Notes: generated by a model from the letters alone, not told the origin. A stretch of 64,000 nucleotides of DNA from the human T2T-CHM13v2.0 reference genome, Homo sapiens (GCF_009914755.1 NC_060928.1); one strand, 5' to 3'. Counted from the stretch's first letter, positions 41,115 through 54,969 are shown. A program made the numbers and translations.

Positions 41115-42390
41115 ACTTAGAGTGGGTCTGCTGGTGACAAATTCAGTTCTGTTTGTCTGAAAATGTCTTTATTTTACTCTCACTTTTGAAAGACATTTTT
41201 GCAGTGTGTAGAATTCTAGACTGTAAGTTACTTCCTTTTGCAAGTTTAAAAATACCATTCTAATATTTCTGGCCCTCATTGTTTCTATTGAGAAGTCATC
41301 CTTCAGTAATATTATGGCTCTGTAATTTTCTTTTTATCCTTGGCTTTTATAGGCCTTCTTGAATCCATAGCTTTATGTTTTCCATCAGTTTTAAATAGTT
41401 CTATCATATTTTCTTCAGCTATTGCTTTTTTACATTATCTTTCTCCTTTCTGTGACTCCATGCATATTCAAACTTTTCAGTGTTCTCTGTATGTCTTATT
41501 CTCTCTATCACATTTAAAAATCTTTTCATATCTTCATACTTTAGTTCTTATTTTCTTCTGATTTTTTCCTGTTCATTCTTTTTTTAATGTAATGTACTCT
41601 GCTTTTAAATCCATTTGTTAAGATCTTATTTTTGGTTATTATAATTTGTCTTAGTTTTAGAATTTCCATGTAGTTATTTTTTATAGTTCCCAGTTCTTTA
41701 CCTACAGTCTATATAGTTTCTTTTATCTTCTTGAATATAGTTTTCATAATTATATTACAGTTGCTGTGTAGTGACTACTCTTTCTCGAGCCACTGTAGGT
41801 TTTGTTCTACTGTCTATTGTTTCTGCTGTTTCTGTTTATGTTGTCTTATCTCATAATTTGCCTGGTTATTTTTGACTGCATGCAGAAAATTGTATTTGCA
41901 AAATTGTTGGGGAAAATAATTTTGAGGTTTAGAATGATAAGGTCTTTTTACATAGAGGCTCTACATTTGCTTCTACCAGGCAACAGGAATTATCTCAATA
42001 ATTGAAATTTAGATTACAATCTTTTTAAAGATCATTCTTCTTCTGGATTATCCCTTCTGCAAAGGGGTAGTTATTCAGGGTACTAATCCAAAGAAAGGTG
42101 GCTTTACCAAAGCTTTTCTATCCCTTGGCACATCTTGGACTCTGTCAGTCCCTCAATCCCGAAAGATTGCTCAGTCTTTAAGCCTCTCAACTTCACCTTC
42201 CAAAGTTAGTAAATGTTCCCAGGATTAAAAACAAGCCAAAGTGCCTGAATCATTTCTTAGAGTCTCTGACCCTTCCTAATCCTGGCTTAGTAATTCCTAC
42301 AATTTTATTTTTTAGTTCCCCAATGCCTTCAAGCAGGAAGGGATTTGTTTCTAATTACCTCATCTGCTATCACCAGAAGTGGAAGCCCAC
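41115..42390 (-). mobile_element. Old L1M/HAL1-type ORF1-5' region fragment
   Basis: ggtctgctggtgacaaatt..gtctgaaaatgtctttatttt..ttttgaaagacattttt..tagaattctag. Confidence 0.7.
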
Positions 42391-42400
42391 CAGTGTTAGT

Positions 42401-42407
<7 letters not shown>

Positions 42408-42441
<34 letters not shown>
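42408..42441. repeat. (CA)n microsatellite
   Basis: About 17 units. Confidence 0.97.
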
Positions 42442-42443
<2 letters not shown>

Positions 42444-42547
42444 TCTCTCTCACACACTTACACTTAAATCAGCTTAATGAATAAGGCAAATATCCCTGTA
42501 CCTATCACCTATGTCAAGAAACAGAACATTGTTAGTCAGCTCAGAAG

Positions 42548-42855
42548 CAGGGCTGATACATCCTTTAGGCTTAGTAGGCAAAGAGCCTAGGGCCCACAAT
42601 ACTTTTAGTAGCCACAGAAATATTTTAATTTCTTTAAAAATGTTTTGATTTATTTAGAGACCTATGAAGATGTCTTAATTTTTTTTAGAAAAAAGTTTTG
42701 ATATACAACATTAATATATTCATGTTAACATATGAATACATTTATCTTTATGCTAACACAATCTTAAAATGTAATTTTAAAAAGTTTTTTTTGTGTTGGT
42801 AGGAGCCCACAAGGCAAAAGTACCTGAGGCCCTCAAAAGTCATACTGTGAACTTG
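42548..42855. mobile_element. MER96B hAT-Tip100 DNA transposon
   Basis: cagggc..gcctagggcccacaatacttt..ggcaaaagtacctgaggccc..; 8-bp TSD ctcagaag/cttagaag. Confidence 0.8.
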
Positions 42856-43467
42856 CTTAGAAGCACCCTAATTACAACTGCCTCCTTACCTGCAAAAGTA
42901 ATCACTATCTTAATTTTTATTGTAATCGTTCATTGCATTTTCTTATAGTTTTATTATCCAAGTGTGCTTCCCTGAATACCACAGTTTTATCTTGCATTTA
43001 AACATTTTGCTATAAAGTTAAATTAATTTCATCTATAGCATGTTTTCACCTCTTCTTTTTACCTTAAAATTATTCTGTTGAAGAACATGAGTCCTGTGAC
43101 CTACAGAATTTCCCAGTATCTTCCTTCTGCTGATTGCATGCTTAAGGGGCAGTTCAGTTTTCCTTTGTCCGCTATATTTTCTTCAAATGGTCATCTTAAT
43201 CCAGAGGCTTGATAATACTTAAGTTTAATTCCTTTGGTAATACTAAAGGTGGTGTAATGTTCCTTCATCATGCAGCACATAATGTCAGGTTGTCTTTCCT
43301 TTTGTGATATTAGAAGTCACGGGTGTTTAGTTTCACCAATCATTATGTTAATGTTTTTCTAGTTATTTTGGTTTTCTGAAGTTCATTATCCAGTAATTCC
43401 CCAGGAAGAACTCATGGGCATACTGTTCTCTGAGCTCTTCATATTGTTAACATTTTGTCTGTTTCAT

Positions 43468-43792
43468 GTTTCTGGGAGGGTGTTTTTGCTGACATTAGTA
43501 TTTAAATTGGTGAACTTTAAGTAAAGCAAATTGCCCTCCATAATGTGAGGTGGGTCTTACCCAGTTACAGTTCTGGATTAGGACAATAGACTCACCTCCC
43601 TTGAGCAAGTGGCTGCAGCAGACAGCTTTTGGCCTTGAATTGCAACATTTATTCTTTCCTGGGTCTCCAGCCTGCCAGCCCACTCTGCAGATTTTAGACT
43701 TGCCAGCCTCTGTAATCATGTGGGCCTTTTCTTTAAAATAAATCTCTCTCTATACACACCCTACTGGTCCTGTTTCTCTGGAGAACTCTAAT
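43468..43792 (+). mobile_element. MLT2 (B-D) LTR, partial
   Basis: agtaaagcaaattgccctccataatgtg..ctgcagattttagacttgccagcctc..ctgtttctctggagaac. Confidence 0.85.
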
Positions 43793-43807
43793 AGAAAGTA
43801 TCATAAA

Positions 43808-44102
43808 GCCTGGGCATGGTGGCTCATGCCTGTACTCCTAGCACTTTGGGAGGCTGAGGCAGGAGGATCACTTGGGCTCAGCCTGGACAACATAGGGAGA
43901 CCCCTATCTCTATCTACCAAAAATAAATAAATAAAATAAAATTAGCCAGGTGTGATTTTGCATGCCTGTAGTCCCAGCTACTCGGGAAGCTGAGGGAGAA
44001 GGATCACTTGACCCCAGGAGTTCAAGGCTGCAGTGAGCCATAATTGTACCATTGTTTTCCAGCCTGGGTGACCGAGGGAGATACTGTCTCAAAAAAAAAA
44101 AA
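43808..44102 (+). mobile_element. AluJ with small internal deletion
   Basis: ggaggatcacttg..ggagttcaaggctgcagtgagc; TSD aaagtatcataaa/aaagtattttaaa. Confidence 0.95.
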
Positions 44103-44136
44103 GTATTTTAAATATGTGACTTCACTCTTATTTTCC

Positions 44137-44443
44137 TTTTTTTTTTTTTTTGAGATAGGACCTCACTCTGTCACCCAGCTGTCACCCAGGCTGGAGTGCA
44201 GTGGCATGATCATGTATCACTGCAGACTTGACCTCTTGACTTCCCCAGGTTCAGGTAATCCTCCCACCTCCGAGTAGTTAGGACTACAGGCATGTGCCAC
44301 TATGCCCAGATATTTATTTTGTATTTTTTTTGTAAAGATGGGTTTTTTTGCCAGGCTGGTCTCAAACTCCTGGGCTCAAGCAATCTGTTCGCCTCAGCCT
44401 CCCAAAATACTAGGATTACAGGTGTTAGCCACCATGCCCGGCC
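44137..44443 (-). mobile_element. AluJ
   Basis: Poly-T and reverse Alu with an 11-bp tandem duplication ctgtcacccag. Confidence 0.95.
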
Positions 44444-44579
44444 TCCACTGCTTTTTAGAATAAAGTTTGATGTTGAAATGTCTGATGAAAATATAATTTT
44501 ATTTCCTTTATAAGTCATTTGCTCCTTTTTCCAAATATCTAAAGGAGTTTCTTTTGCTTAAAATCCAGAGCTTAAATCC

Positions 44580-45352
44580 TGTATGTGCTTTGTTAGATTT
44601 ACACCTAAGTATTTAATTTTGTGAATCTATTATAAATAGAATTGATTTTATTTTCTAATTGTAAATTGCTAATATATAAAAATATGATTAAATTTTGTTT
44701 GTTGACCTTGTATGCTATAACTTTATAGTCATTAACTCTTTAGTTGCAAGAGTTTGCAGGGTTTTTTTTCTACTTTCCTTAGAATTTTCCACACAGAAAA
44801 TCATGATGTTATAAATAGAGACATTTTTATTTCTCCCATTTAAATATATTTGACTTTTATTAATATTTCTTCTTCTTGAATTGTTGCACTAGCTAGAACT
44901 TTCAGTATAATGCTGAATAGAAGTGATGAGTTTGGACAGCCTTGCTTTGTTCCCAGTCTTAGGGAAAAGCATTCATTCTCTCACCATTAAATACAAAATT
45001 AGCTGTAGGTTTTTGTGGTATATACCCCTTTTCAGGTTGAGGATATTCATTTCTATATTGTCATTTTCTGATAATTTTTATTATAAATGGATATTGAGTT
45101 TTGTCAAATGCTTTAGTTTTCTTTTTTTTTAGACTGTTAATATGGTTGATTATATTGATGAATTTTCAAATATTGAACCATCCTTGCATTCCTGTGGTAA
45201 ACTCTAAATGATTTTTGTATATTATTCTTTTTACATATTGTCGGGTTCAATTTACTTTTTTTTTTGAGATTTTCTTTGGTCTATGTTCATGAGGGATCTT
45301 GTTCTATAGTTTTCTTTTTGTACTATTATATCTTTGTTTAGATTTGGTATCA
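44580..45352 (-). mobile_element. Old L1M ORF2 fragment
   Basis: gttagatttacacctaagtat..gctagaactttcagtataatgctgaatagaagtg..ttttgtcaaatgcttt..ttggtatcaag. Confidence 0.85.
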
Positions 45353-45854
45353 AGAGCTTTTATTTACTTAGAAAATATAGCATAGTAATTATTCCACTTA
45401 CTTATAAAAAATTCTATACTGGATTTCTTCTGTCTAGTGGAGTAAGTCTATGATACCATTGATAATATTCTACCTTTTATCAAATGTTTTTAATACATAT
45501 ATCTTACTTGGTAAATTTTCCTACTCATAACTCTTGCTGTACCATTTCTCCTATTCTAATCTTCAATTCTATTGTACTACTTATATCCTGCTTACAGTTC
45601 TCCACATATGCCAAGTGGTAATAGTCTTCTAATTTCTTCATTATTCATTTTCCTATCATGAATATCCTATTCCAAGTTCATATGTCTCTAATACAATCTC
45701 ATTTTTCTTGGCTTAGTTTATGTTACCTTTCTTATAAAGAATTCCCTGAAACTCCAGGTATTGCTGATTACTTCCTTTCTCATGCCTGTATTCTTCTCTA
45801 GATCAATGCCTTTTGTAGCACATGTTTATTTAATAAGTTTTCCCCCTTTATAGG

Positions 45855-46226
45855 TGTATTAGTTCATTTTCACACCACTCATAAAGACATACCTAGACTA
45901 GGTACTTTATAAAGACAAAGAGGTTTAATGGACTCACAGTTCCCCGTGGCTGGGGAGGCCTCACAGTCATGGCAGAAGGTGAGGGAAGAACAAAGTCATG
46001 TCTCTCATGGTGGCAGGCAAAGAGAGAATGAGAGCCAAGTGAAAGGGGAAACCCCCTATAAAATAATGAGCTCTTGTGAGACTTATTTACTACCATGAGA
46101 ACAGTATAGGGGAAACCACCCCCATGATTCAATTATCTCCCACCAGGTCCCTCCCACAGCAAGTGGGAATTATAAGAACTACAATTAAAGATGAGATTTG
46201 GGTGGGGACACAGCCAAACCATATCA
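45855..46226 (-). mobile_element. THE1 (B/C) solo LTR
   Basis: tgtattagttcattttcac..ggggacacagccaaaccatatca; perfect 5-bp TSD atagg. Confidence 0.95.
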
Positions 46227-46589
46227 ATAGGTTAGTGAATATTTGGAAGGCAGGGATCTGTCTTTAATTTCCAAGTACTTAACAAAGCCTGGTGCACAAA
46301 TGGTGTTCTTCATTTATTTGTAGATTACATGAGCGAATAAACAGCTCGTAACTTTCAGTGTCCTCTGAGCTCAGGGAGGGAAAACTTTTTGCCTTTATAT
46401 TCCTTGACTACCAAGGAGCTTTACAAAAATATTTTTTTGTGGCTAACAATTTTAATCTTTGATGATTCAGAGATTATATTATATTTGAACATTTTCAATA
46501 TATATTTTTCAATATATAATTATAAATTGGAAGAGTAAATATCAAAACACTGGTTTCTAGACTAAGATTTCTGAACTTTAGTGGGTTCA

Positions 46590-46934
<345 letters not shown>

Positions 46935-48247
46935 GTAACAGAAATATGTTACCCTTTGTTGAAGTTGTCCAGATTAACTAAAATATTGAATTCTTTGCTT
47001 TTGACCATAATTTTGTTACCTGGTAAATCAGAACCTCAGAATGACAGTTACAGTCATTACCTAAATAAATAATATTTAATAATTACAACTTGGAACACAA
47101 AATCTTTCAAAACATGGTGCACTTGGGAGGGCTATGCTATGTGAGAAGTTATTAGCAGTGTAAAGGAAATTATTTTTATCATAAATTCTTGTTATACCTT
47201 ATAACCCTATGATTATTTTTTCTTATTTGTCTTGAAAGTTTACTATTGGGAAATGTCTCACTTAATTGAGGGTTCTGCCAAGTTGGTTTCCAGTGAGTTA
47301 TTTGAGATTACATGACTAGATTTCTCAGAAGGCTAGATCAAGTACATGAATTAAGTTTCTTAAAAATATGCAAACATTCCCTGTAACTTCATGGTGAGTT
47401 GATATGTTTTCTGTGAATTGGTTTGACTTTCCAGTGAGTTTTAATGGGAGAATTACATCCTTTAGCAGCTCAAATTACAAAGATGTGTCAATGGTATTAA
47501 ATGTTTGCCTTTTCTGTGAATAAGGCCAAAGGGATAGATACCCTGGTTATTTCTTACAAACACATTTAAATCAGTACTCTAGTTTTGCTTTATGCTAAAA
47601 CAGAAAAAAGTCTGTGTGCAGCTTTATGTAAATATAAAGAAGGTAATAATTCAATAAAGATAATTTTGCTACATTTATCCAGAATATGCAGACTATAAAT
47701 AATTAGAAAATTTGAAATGCTGGGCTATTTTTTACATATTAAAAAATGTCATGGTTTCTATGCCGAAGACTGAAGACCAAAAACTGAACAATCTCTGCCA
47801 CAGAGAACCAGTTTTCCTCTCTGAACATTTCATTATGTTACATAGCTTGGGGGCTGAGGCCCAGTATAATCATATGCTAATCTCCTAAAAGTCACAAAAT
47901 TTTACATTTGGGAAGCTGGTTTTCTAGGAGCTTATGAAGATATGTTTGTCATGGTAGAGGGATAGGGCATATTTTATTTAATAGTTAGCTATCTTGATTT
48001 GGAACTTTTAAATATTCAGACATGTAGTATGTAGTTTTTTATTTATACTCTTGTTCCAGGCCCTGTAAGTGTTTGGTTACAGTGACCAAATTAGTCAATA
48101 TAATGAAAATCCAGTCTTATAGTAGTCAAATGAAGGGCCAATGACTTACAATACAAAAGAATTTCTAATAAGGTTCTTTTAATAACACAGACTCGTGAAA
48201 AGATCAGTAATTTAGAATTTGTATTTGTTACAAGAAAAACCTAGGCC

Positions 48248-48647
48248 TGTAATATGCCCCACAAGCTGGAAAGGAGCCGAGAGATCAAAGAATGAGTTGG
48301 ACATGTCCAGCATGGCGAGTAGATGAGTTTATTAGGACTAACGTACAGGGCATTCCTGGGTGGTCGCAGGACAGCAGGAGATCTGCACCACCTCCAATTT
48401 CTAAGCTAATTTAAGATAACTTTAAGCTAATTTTTTGGCTCTTTGCCTACTTTGTGTACATGATGAGACTGTTTTCTCTGGTATGCTTTTTTGTGATGTC
48501 CCAGAATGTTTGGGTTCTCAGGGACACCTGTTCCTCAGCTGGGCACCATGGCCTTGGCTCATGGTGCCCAGCCTGCAAGGTTGAAGCAGTGGACATATAA
48601 TCTTAAGTAAACTTGTCGGGGACTTGTCACACACTTGTCACACTACA
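48248..48647 (-). mobile_element. LTR47-type solo LTR (ERVL)
   Basis: Reverse strand contains gagccaaggccatggtgcccagctgaggaacaggtgtccctgagaacccaaaca; TG..CA ends. Confidence 0.8.
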
Positions 48648-49175
48648 GTATTAGTTATCTATTGTTGCTTTGCAAATTACTCTAAATTAGCAGCTTAAAA
48701 TAACAAGTATTTATTATCTCACTGTTTCTGTGGGTCAGGAATCCAGGAACAGATTAACTGCATGGTTTTAGTTTAGGGCCTTACATGAGATTGCAGTCTA
48801 GAGGTCCTCCAGGATTGCAGTCATGGTGGGCTCAACTGGAGATGCTTCCGAGTTTACTCACAAGTTCGTAGGGCTTAGGTCCTTGCAACATGGGGCTCTC
48901 CACAGGCTGCCTGAGTGACCTCATGAGCTGACAGCTGGCTTTCTCCAGAGTGAGTGATTTGATACAGAGAGAGAGAGAGAGAGAGAAAGAATGTGCTCAA
49001 GATGGAAGCTGCAATTATTTATAACCTCATCTCAGGAGTGAAATACCATCATTTCTGCTGTATTATGCTGATATTACAGACCAACTGTCTGGTACAATGT
49101 GGGAGAGGACTACACAAGGGTAAGATTACCAGAGATGGGGACCACTGGGGACCATCTTGGACGCTGGCTGCCATA
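48648..49175 (-). mobile_element. MLT1F-like MaLR LTR
   Basis: gtattagttatctattg..ttctgtgggtcaggaatcc..ggggaccatcttgga..gctgccata; internal (GA)n. Confidence 0.85.
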
Positions 49176-51450
49176 GAACTCCTTACTGAAATCTCCATCT
49201 CATTAACCTCCTTTTGGTTCTTGAACTTACCCAATTCTGTCTTACTTCAGGGCCTCTGCATTTGTGGCCTTTGCCTAGTGTTCTCTTTCCATTGATTTTG
49301 CTTGGCTGACTTCTATTTGAGATTTCAGCTTAAATGTCACCACTCTAGAAAGACCTTCACTGATCACTCAATATATAGTCATTATCTAGTCATTCTTTGT
49401 TATATTGCATTATTTTAATTCTGGGGGCACAGCACATAAATACACATTGAATGAATTAGTCTTAGCAATTGTATGACCTTGGGGAAACGTAAGCTCTCTA
49501 AACCTCAGTGGTTTTATTTGTGATTAATGATCCCTTACACCATCTACTACACAGGTTTTTGTGAGAACCAAATAAGCTAGAATTTTCAGTAACAATTGGT
49601 GAGATTTTCATTGTTGGCTTTTTTTTTCTCTCTCTGGGACAAAGGAATTGCCCAGGGATATATTTTCCCATTTTACTTTTCAGGTTCTCTTTATCCATCT
49701 GCATTGCAAGTTTGCTTTGCTCATTTTTTCATTTATCCATTCAGCAGATTCATGTTTACTGCCCTGTACGTGTCTCAGAAGATTTATTTTGAATTAAAGT
49801 TATGATGTTGCATGTCAAAAGTATTCAATTGGGAGAAAGTTTAGTAAGTTTTTTTTTCCAAAATGTAAAATGACATTGTGTTTTGGATCATAATTAATCA
49901 TAGCATCCCATTGAACATGGAAGGTGATATGTGTATTTTAGAAACCTGTTATGCATAAAAGAACAAATACCCAAGAATCGAAGCAAACTTTTAATAATGC
50001 CCAATTGGAGTTCTGGTCATGTTTAAGCCATTCAGAGTCTAATCAGTAAAACCCCCTTGAGTCAATAATTGCCTTCTCTTTGAATCATTGCAGGTATCTG
50101 TTATGCTGCACATTATCCACATAGAAATGAACATATGGTTATTGAACACATAACAAAACAGACTCTGTTGGAGAATGTTTCCTTTAGGATGCCTTAAAAC
50201 ATTCTTGAGCAGAATATTATGTAGGCTACTTACTATCCCTTCTGCTCCTGGGGTGATAGGAGGGAACTTGCTAGTCCTTCGCATTAGGAACAATGAGTGA
50301 GCACATGTGAAGAAGGTGAAAAACTCAGAATTTATTTATTTATTTAGAAATAACTATCGGTATCTTTCATGATGAAAGAGCAACAGATAAGGAGTCTTAA
50401 AAGTTGGGAAAATATTTTTTCTCTTGTATTAGCATTTCAGGGAAATCCAATGTTGGGGAAATCCTTTCCTCAGAGCAGATCAGTTCCTAATGTGTGGATG
50501 TTGCTGCCTTTTTATAACAAAGAAGAGGCATTTGACATCTCCAGAAAAAGGAGAGAGGAAGAGTTTTAAGAAGAGGAAGCATACAGTAGAGCAAAACCTG
50601 TATTAACTTGAACTTGGTTAATTTCTGCTCTGAATTAACATAAATTTCCCAATTTACACTGACCCTAAAAAACCAATCAAAAGCATATATAAAAGTCACT
50701 TTATTTGAATAAAATAATTCAAATAATTATAACCTCTTATAGTTTAACAGTTGTGTCCAAAATGAAAATAATTTTCAGATGAACCAGAATGCCCATTACC
50801 TAAACATTCTGTAAAATTGGGGTATAAATTTACCAAATAATCTTATGTATATGTATGATATATGCACACATTCATGTATGTACATACATGCCCATGTATA
50901 TGTATAAGATGATGTTAAAATAAATATTTCAACCAAGACTCTAAGTTGATAGATATCAGACATTAAAGGGACTGGTGAGACAGATCATTCCACATGACTT
51001 ACAAACATAAGCTGAAAATCAGATGGATGAGTTTTAAGAATCTTAAGAATCATCTTAAGATTCTTAAAACCCCTCATAGCTTGAGGATATAAAATATTCA
51101 GGAAAGGGGAGATTGAAAGTAGATTTATGAGGGTAATTGGGAAGGACTGTTAATGCACTGTGGAAAAGCTTCCACTTCCTTTTCCCCAGAGGAAGAGTTA
51201 TAGGGTCTTGCCCCTCCCCTTGAACCTGGTGAGAGGGTTTCAATGGGGCCACTTGGCAAGCATGATACATGTGTCCTGCATCTGGGGGACATGGACTGGT
51301 GTTTGATTTCCATCTGAGAAATGGAGAGGGTAGAAGATAGCTGTCAACAGAGCCAAAGGAGTCTTTGGCTGCCCTCAGTCTGGAGTTGGTGGGAAGAAGC
51401 TTTGTGTGTGTTTCCCATGAACTGAATGTGGGCCATGCATGAGAGAGAGA

Positions 51451-51453
<3 letters not shown>

Positions 51454-51487
<34 letters not shown>

Positions 51488-51516
51488 AAAGAGAGCAAGA
51501 GAGACAGAGAGAGAGA
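51454..51516. repeat. (CA)n followed by degenerate (GA)n
   Basis: Visible dinucleotide runs. Confidence 0.95.
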
Positions 51517-53559
51517 TTTTTCTTAGACCCTATCCAAGAGCAGCAGAGAGAAGTGGCAGGTAACACTGGATTCTGGGGCTGAGAAGGAAGTCCCCGACCA
51601 GCAGGGAGAAGATGAAATTACCAATATTAAGAAAACTCCAGGTGAAGAGAGCCACAACAATATAGGCTGAAGGGAGAGCTAAGGAAGTGTCCCATAGTGA
51701 ATCAGCTTTTGATTCCTGAAGGCCCAGAAACTCAAGGCCAGCTTCCAACAATAAGTAATTAAGAAATGTCTTTCTCCCTTTTACTGATACAATAGCCCTT
51801 GAGGAAACAAAAAGTATAGTTAAGAAGAATGAGTAGAAATGCTAAGTGGTGAAACAGAGAAGAAATCAATCACATGCTCTTCCTCAAATACAGCTGTCCT
51901 GTCTACTGCAAGTATGAGCAGCATCCACATATCCACAGGAGAGAAACTTGATCTTCACATTGAGAATACAGTTTTTCATTGTTATTATTATCTTGCTTAG
52001 ACATAGCCTTTGTTAGAGACTCGAAGTAACCGTAGGATTGACTGTCACCTAAGAGAGACTAGAATAGTCATGGGGTCCACTTTAGTTTTCATCCAGGGGC
52101 AGAAGAAGATGTACTGGTTGCATATATTTGTAAAAGCAAACAAAATGTCGGGAAGGATAAACGTAACATTAACTGGGATTACCTCTTGGAGGCAGAATTG
52201 GAGATATGGGAAATTGGGGTAGTTTTATATTTTATTGTGGATATTTCCCCAACAAAATGGTACTGGTTGAATTAATTTTACATTTCTATACTTGCATTTT
52301 CAAAATGTAACAAATCTTAAGTTCTTACACATGTATATTTATTCAAATGAACAAGCATATTATGTACACATATAGTGTGTGTGTGTGAGTGTGTGTATAC
52401 ATGCGTGTGATTTTAGAAGTAAAGAGATTATATTCCTGGCATGTGTAATGACTACCAAAAGATTTATTTATATTAAAAAAATAATTGTCAGGAACAGTGC
52501 TGAGATTTCCAAGACAGTCGCTTGTGTTAGTGACCTCTGATCAGGCAACCCCTCCTGCTTTTCTGTGTTGGAATCTCTAGTTTCTACCAAAAGGAAAGAC
52601 GCGCCTGGTTTCACGCTGAAATTCTTTGGAGTCTTTGGCTTGAAATAACATAAAAGACCTTTGTTATTCAACCTGTGCATTCATCTATGCAAGCACATCT
52701 CCTTAGGGAACTGCTTGAAAATGGGATTTTTGTGGCCTTCTCTCCCATTTGACTTTCTTTCCCCTCTCCTTTTCCCCCATCCACGTCCAGGTATCTATTA
52801 GTTCTCTCTCTTTCAATAACACTGTTCTGGCTGCATTGAAAGTACTTTTTAATGCAGGAGATGCACTTCAGGCATAACACCAGGTCACTTTTTGAGTAAT
52901 GTTTTATAGGATTGGTTAAACTTTAGCACCATAACTGTTGACTTTACAGGCCAGAAAAGAGACTCAAGAGTGTTACGTGCTGGATAATTTGTGCCTTACA
53001 ATTTTGAAAAATCAAATTGAGATAAGGGTTTAATGTGCTTGAAAAAAGAAGCTGTCATCTATTTTTGAGTCTTCTATGTTTAATAGACCTCAACATTTAA
53101 GATAAAATAATATCTTTTACATTAATAAAGTTGCAGTAAATAACTGTATATAAAGGAAGGCAGTTTTTTTAATTACAAGGGCAAAGATAAAAATTTAAAT
53201 AGTCTTCTCCATTGCTCTAAACCTAATTGCTTACTTTCTCCCTTTTTGCTGTGGAAAATGAAGGACATTTGCTCTTAGTAGAATTTTTTAAGGTTGTGAA
53301 AATTAGCATAGCTAATCTTTTTATTAGAGAAACAACTTTGGGCTAAAATGTGGCAGAATCATAAAAACATTTTTTTTCATCTGATTTTGGAGTTGGAAAT
53401 CCAAATCATTGATTTTATCTGCATAGAAAGATACATTGCCAGTATAGAGAATAATCTTTCCATTTTGTCAATAGTGGCTCATTGATGTGGTTCATAATTA
53501 GCAGAAGAATATCATAGAAAGGAAAAAGCTGAGATAGGAAAAAATAGATCACCATGAAT

Positions 53560-54558
53560 TCATAGGACTGATTTGGCACTGTGTCAATTTAGCTGAGTTG
53601 GAGATCTGTTTTACAGAATTTCCTTCCCTCTATAGTTTTGGATTAGGGTTAACCAGGCGAGTTACATGGGTGAGAGCTGGCAGGCTGAAGCCGACAGCAG
53701 CCACTGCACTTTGAAGGTCATAAACATTGTCGCTGATCTGCTGTTGCAAAGTTATGTACAGATGGCTGATCTGTTGGCTCACTTTCTCGGTGCGGGGCAG
53801 CAGATGAGTCCACAGCTTTTCCGGCACTGGCTGGATCAACAACTTCAGCTTCTCTGAATCTTAGGCCAGGCATGTGTGCAACTCCATGGTGGAAAGCACC
53901 AGCGTCTTCCATAGTCACCTTCATTATTAGGATTACATTCAGTGAGAGTCAGGTGCACCTTTCAATTTGTCCTTGTTTTCCCCTAATTTGTGTCTCGCTC
54001 TCCTTCTTGACTGCCTACCAAGCTGACTTAGCAGTAACTTCAGACTCAGCACCAGCTACAGAACCTATGCCCCTCCATAAGTCTCTTTACCATTTCCCCT
54101 CCATGGTCCCTGGTTAGTGAGTTTTCTTTATTTCTTTTTTGAGACAGAGTCTAGCCCAGGCTGGAGTGTAGTGGCATGATCTGGTTTCACTGAAACCTCT
54201 GCCTCCTGGGTTCAAGGGACTCTCATGTCTCGGTCTCATGAGTAGCTGGGATTACAGATGTGCATCATCACATCTGGCTAATTTTTGTATTTTTAGTAGA
54301 GATGGTATTTTGCCATGTTGGCCAGTTTGCTCTCGAACTCTTGTGCTCAAGTGATCTGCCTGCCTCGGCCTCCTGAAGTGCTGGGAATATAGGCGTGAGC
54401 CACCACTCCCAGCCCCTGGTTAGTGAGTTTTCTATGATCCTCTATCCATCCCTTTCTGAATCTTTATATCCTCATCTTCTCCCACAGTTGAATAATAGCC
54501 CTTATAACGAATCTCTTATTCTGTATCACTAATACTGGTTCAAACCCTGACTGATACA
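53560..54558 (+). mobile_element. MLT2F-like ERVL LTR interrupted by Alu
   Basis: tgtgtcaatttagctgag..cagaatttccttccct..ttagggtt; ends aaaccctgactgataca. Confidence 0.75.
54128..54414 (-). mobile_element. Alu (J/S)
   Basis: Reverse Alu; 19-bp TSD cctggttagtgagttttct (54109-54127 and 54415-54433). Confidence 0.96.
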
Positions 54559-54689
54559 TGACCTCAACTAAAAAGCTCTCTAATCTATGCTTAAGAATGT
54601 CAACCTCAAAAATGTTTATGATTTAAAGTAAAATATTACTTTCTGACCCTGTGACAGTTTACTGAAATGCCTTTTACTGTTGGTCTTTA

Positions 54690-54969
54690 GGGCTTTCCTG
54701 CTTTTAAATGGCTCACCTGATTAGGCTAGAGCCACTCAGAATATTCCTCCTTATAATTAACTCAAAGTCAACTGATTAGGGACCTTAATTATATCTGCAA
54801 AATCCTTTCACCATTTCCACATAACGTGACATAATCATGGAAGTGATGTTTTCTCACCTTTGCCATATTCTGTTGGTTAGAAGCAGGTCACAGGTTCTGC
54901 CTGTACTCAAGGGTAGGGGGTGACACAAGGGAACCTCATTGCAGGTTACCCTAAAGTGTGTTTGTCACA
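54690..54969 (-). mobile_element. MLT1D/E-like MaLR LTR fragment
   Basis: aactcaaagtcaactgattagggaccttaattatatctgcaaaatcc..ttggttagaagcaggtcacagg. Confidence 0.8.

Noticed and set aside
51064-51498. Longest ORF in the track (144 aa, minus)
   Set aside because: Begins in a dinucleotide repeat with a non-ATG start and has no protein-like motifs
53630-54117. Cluster of overlapping, protein-looking ORFs
   Set aside because: Lies inside an MLT2F-like LTR; no recognisable domain or splice structure
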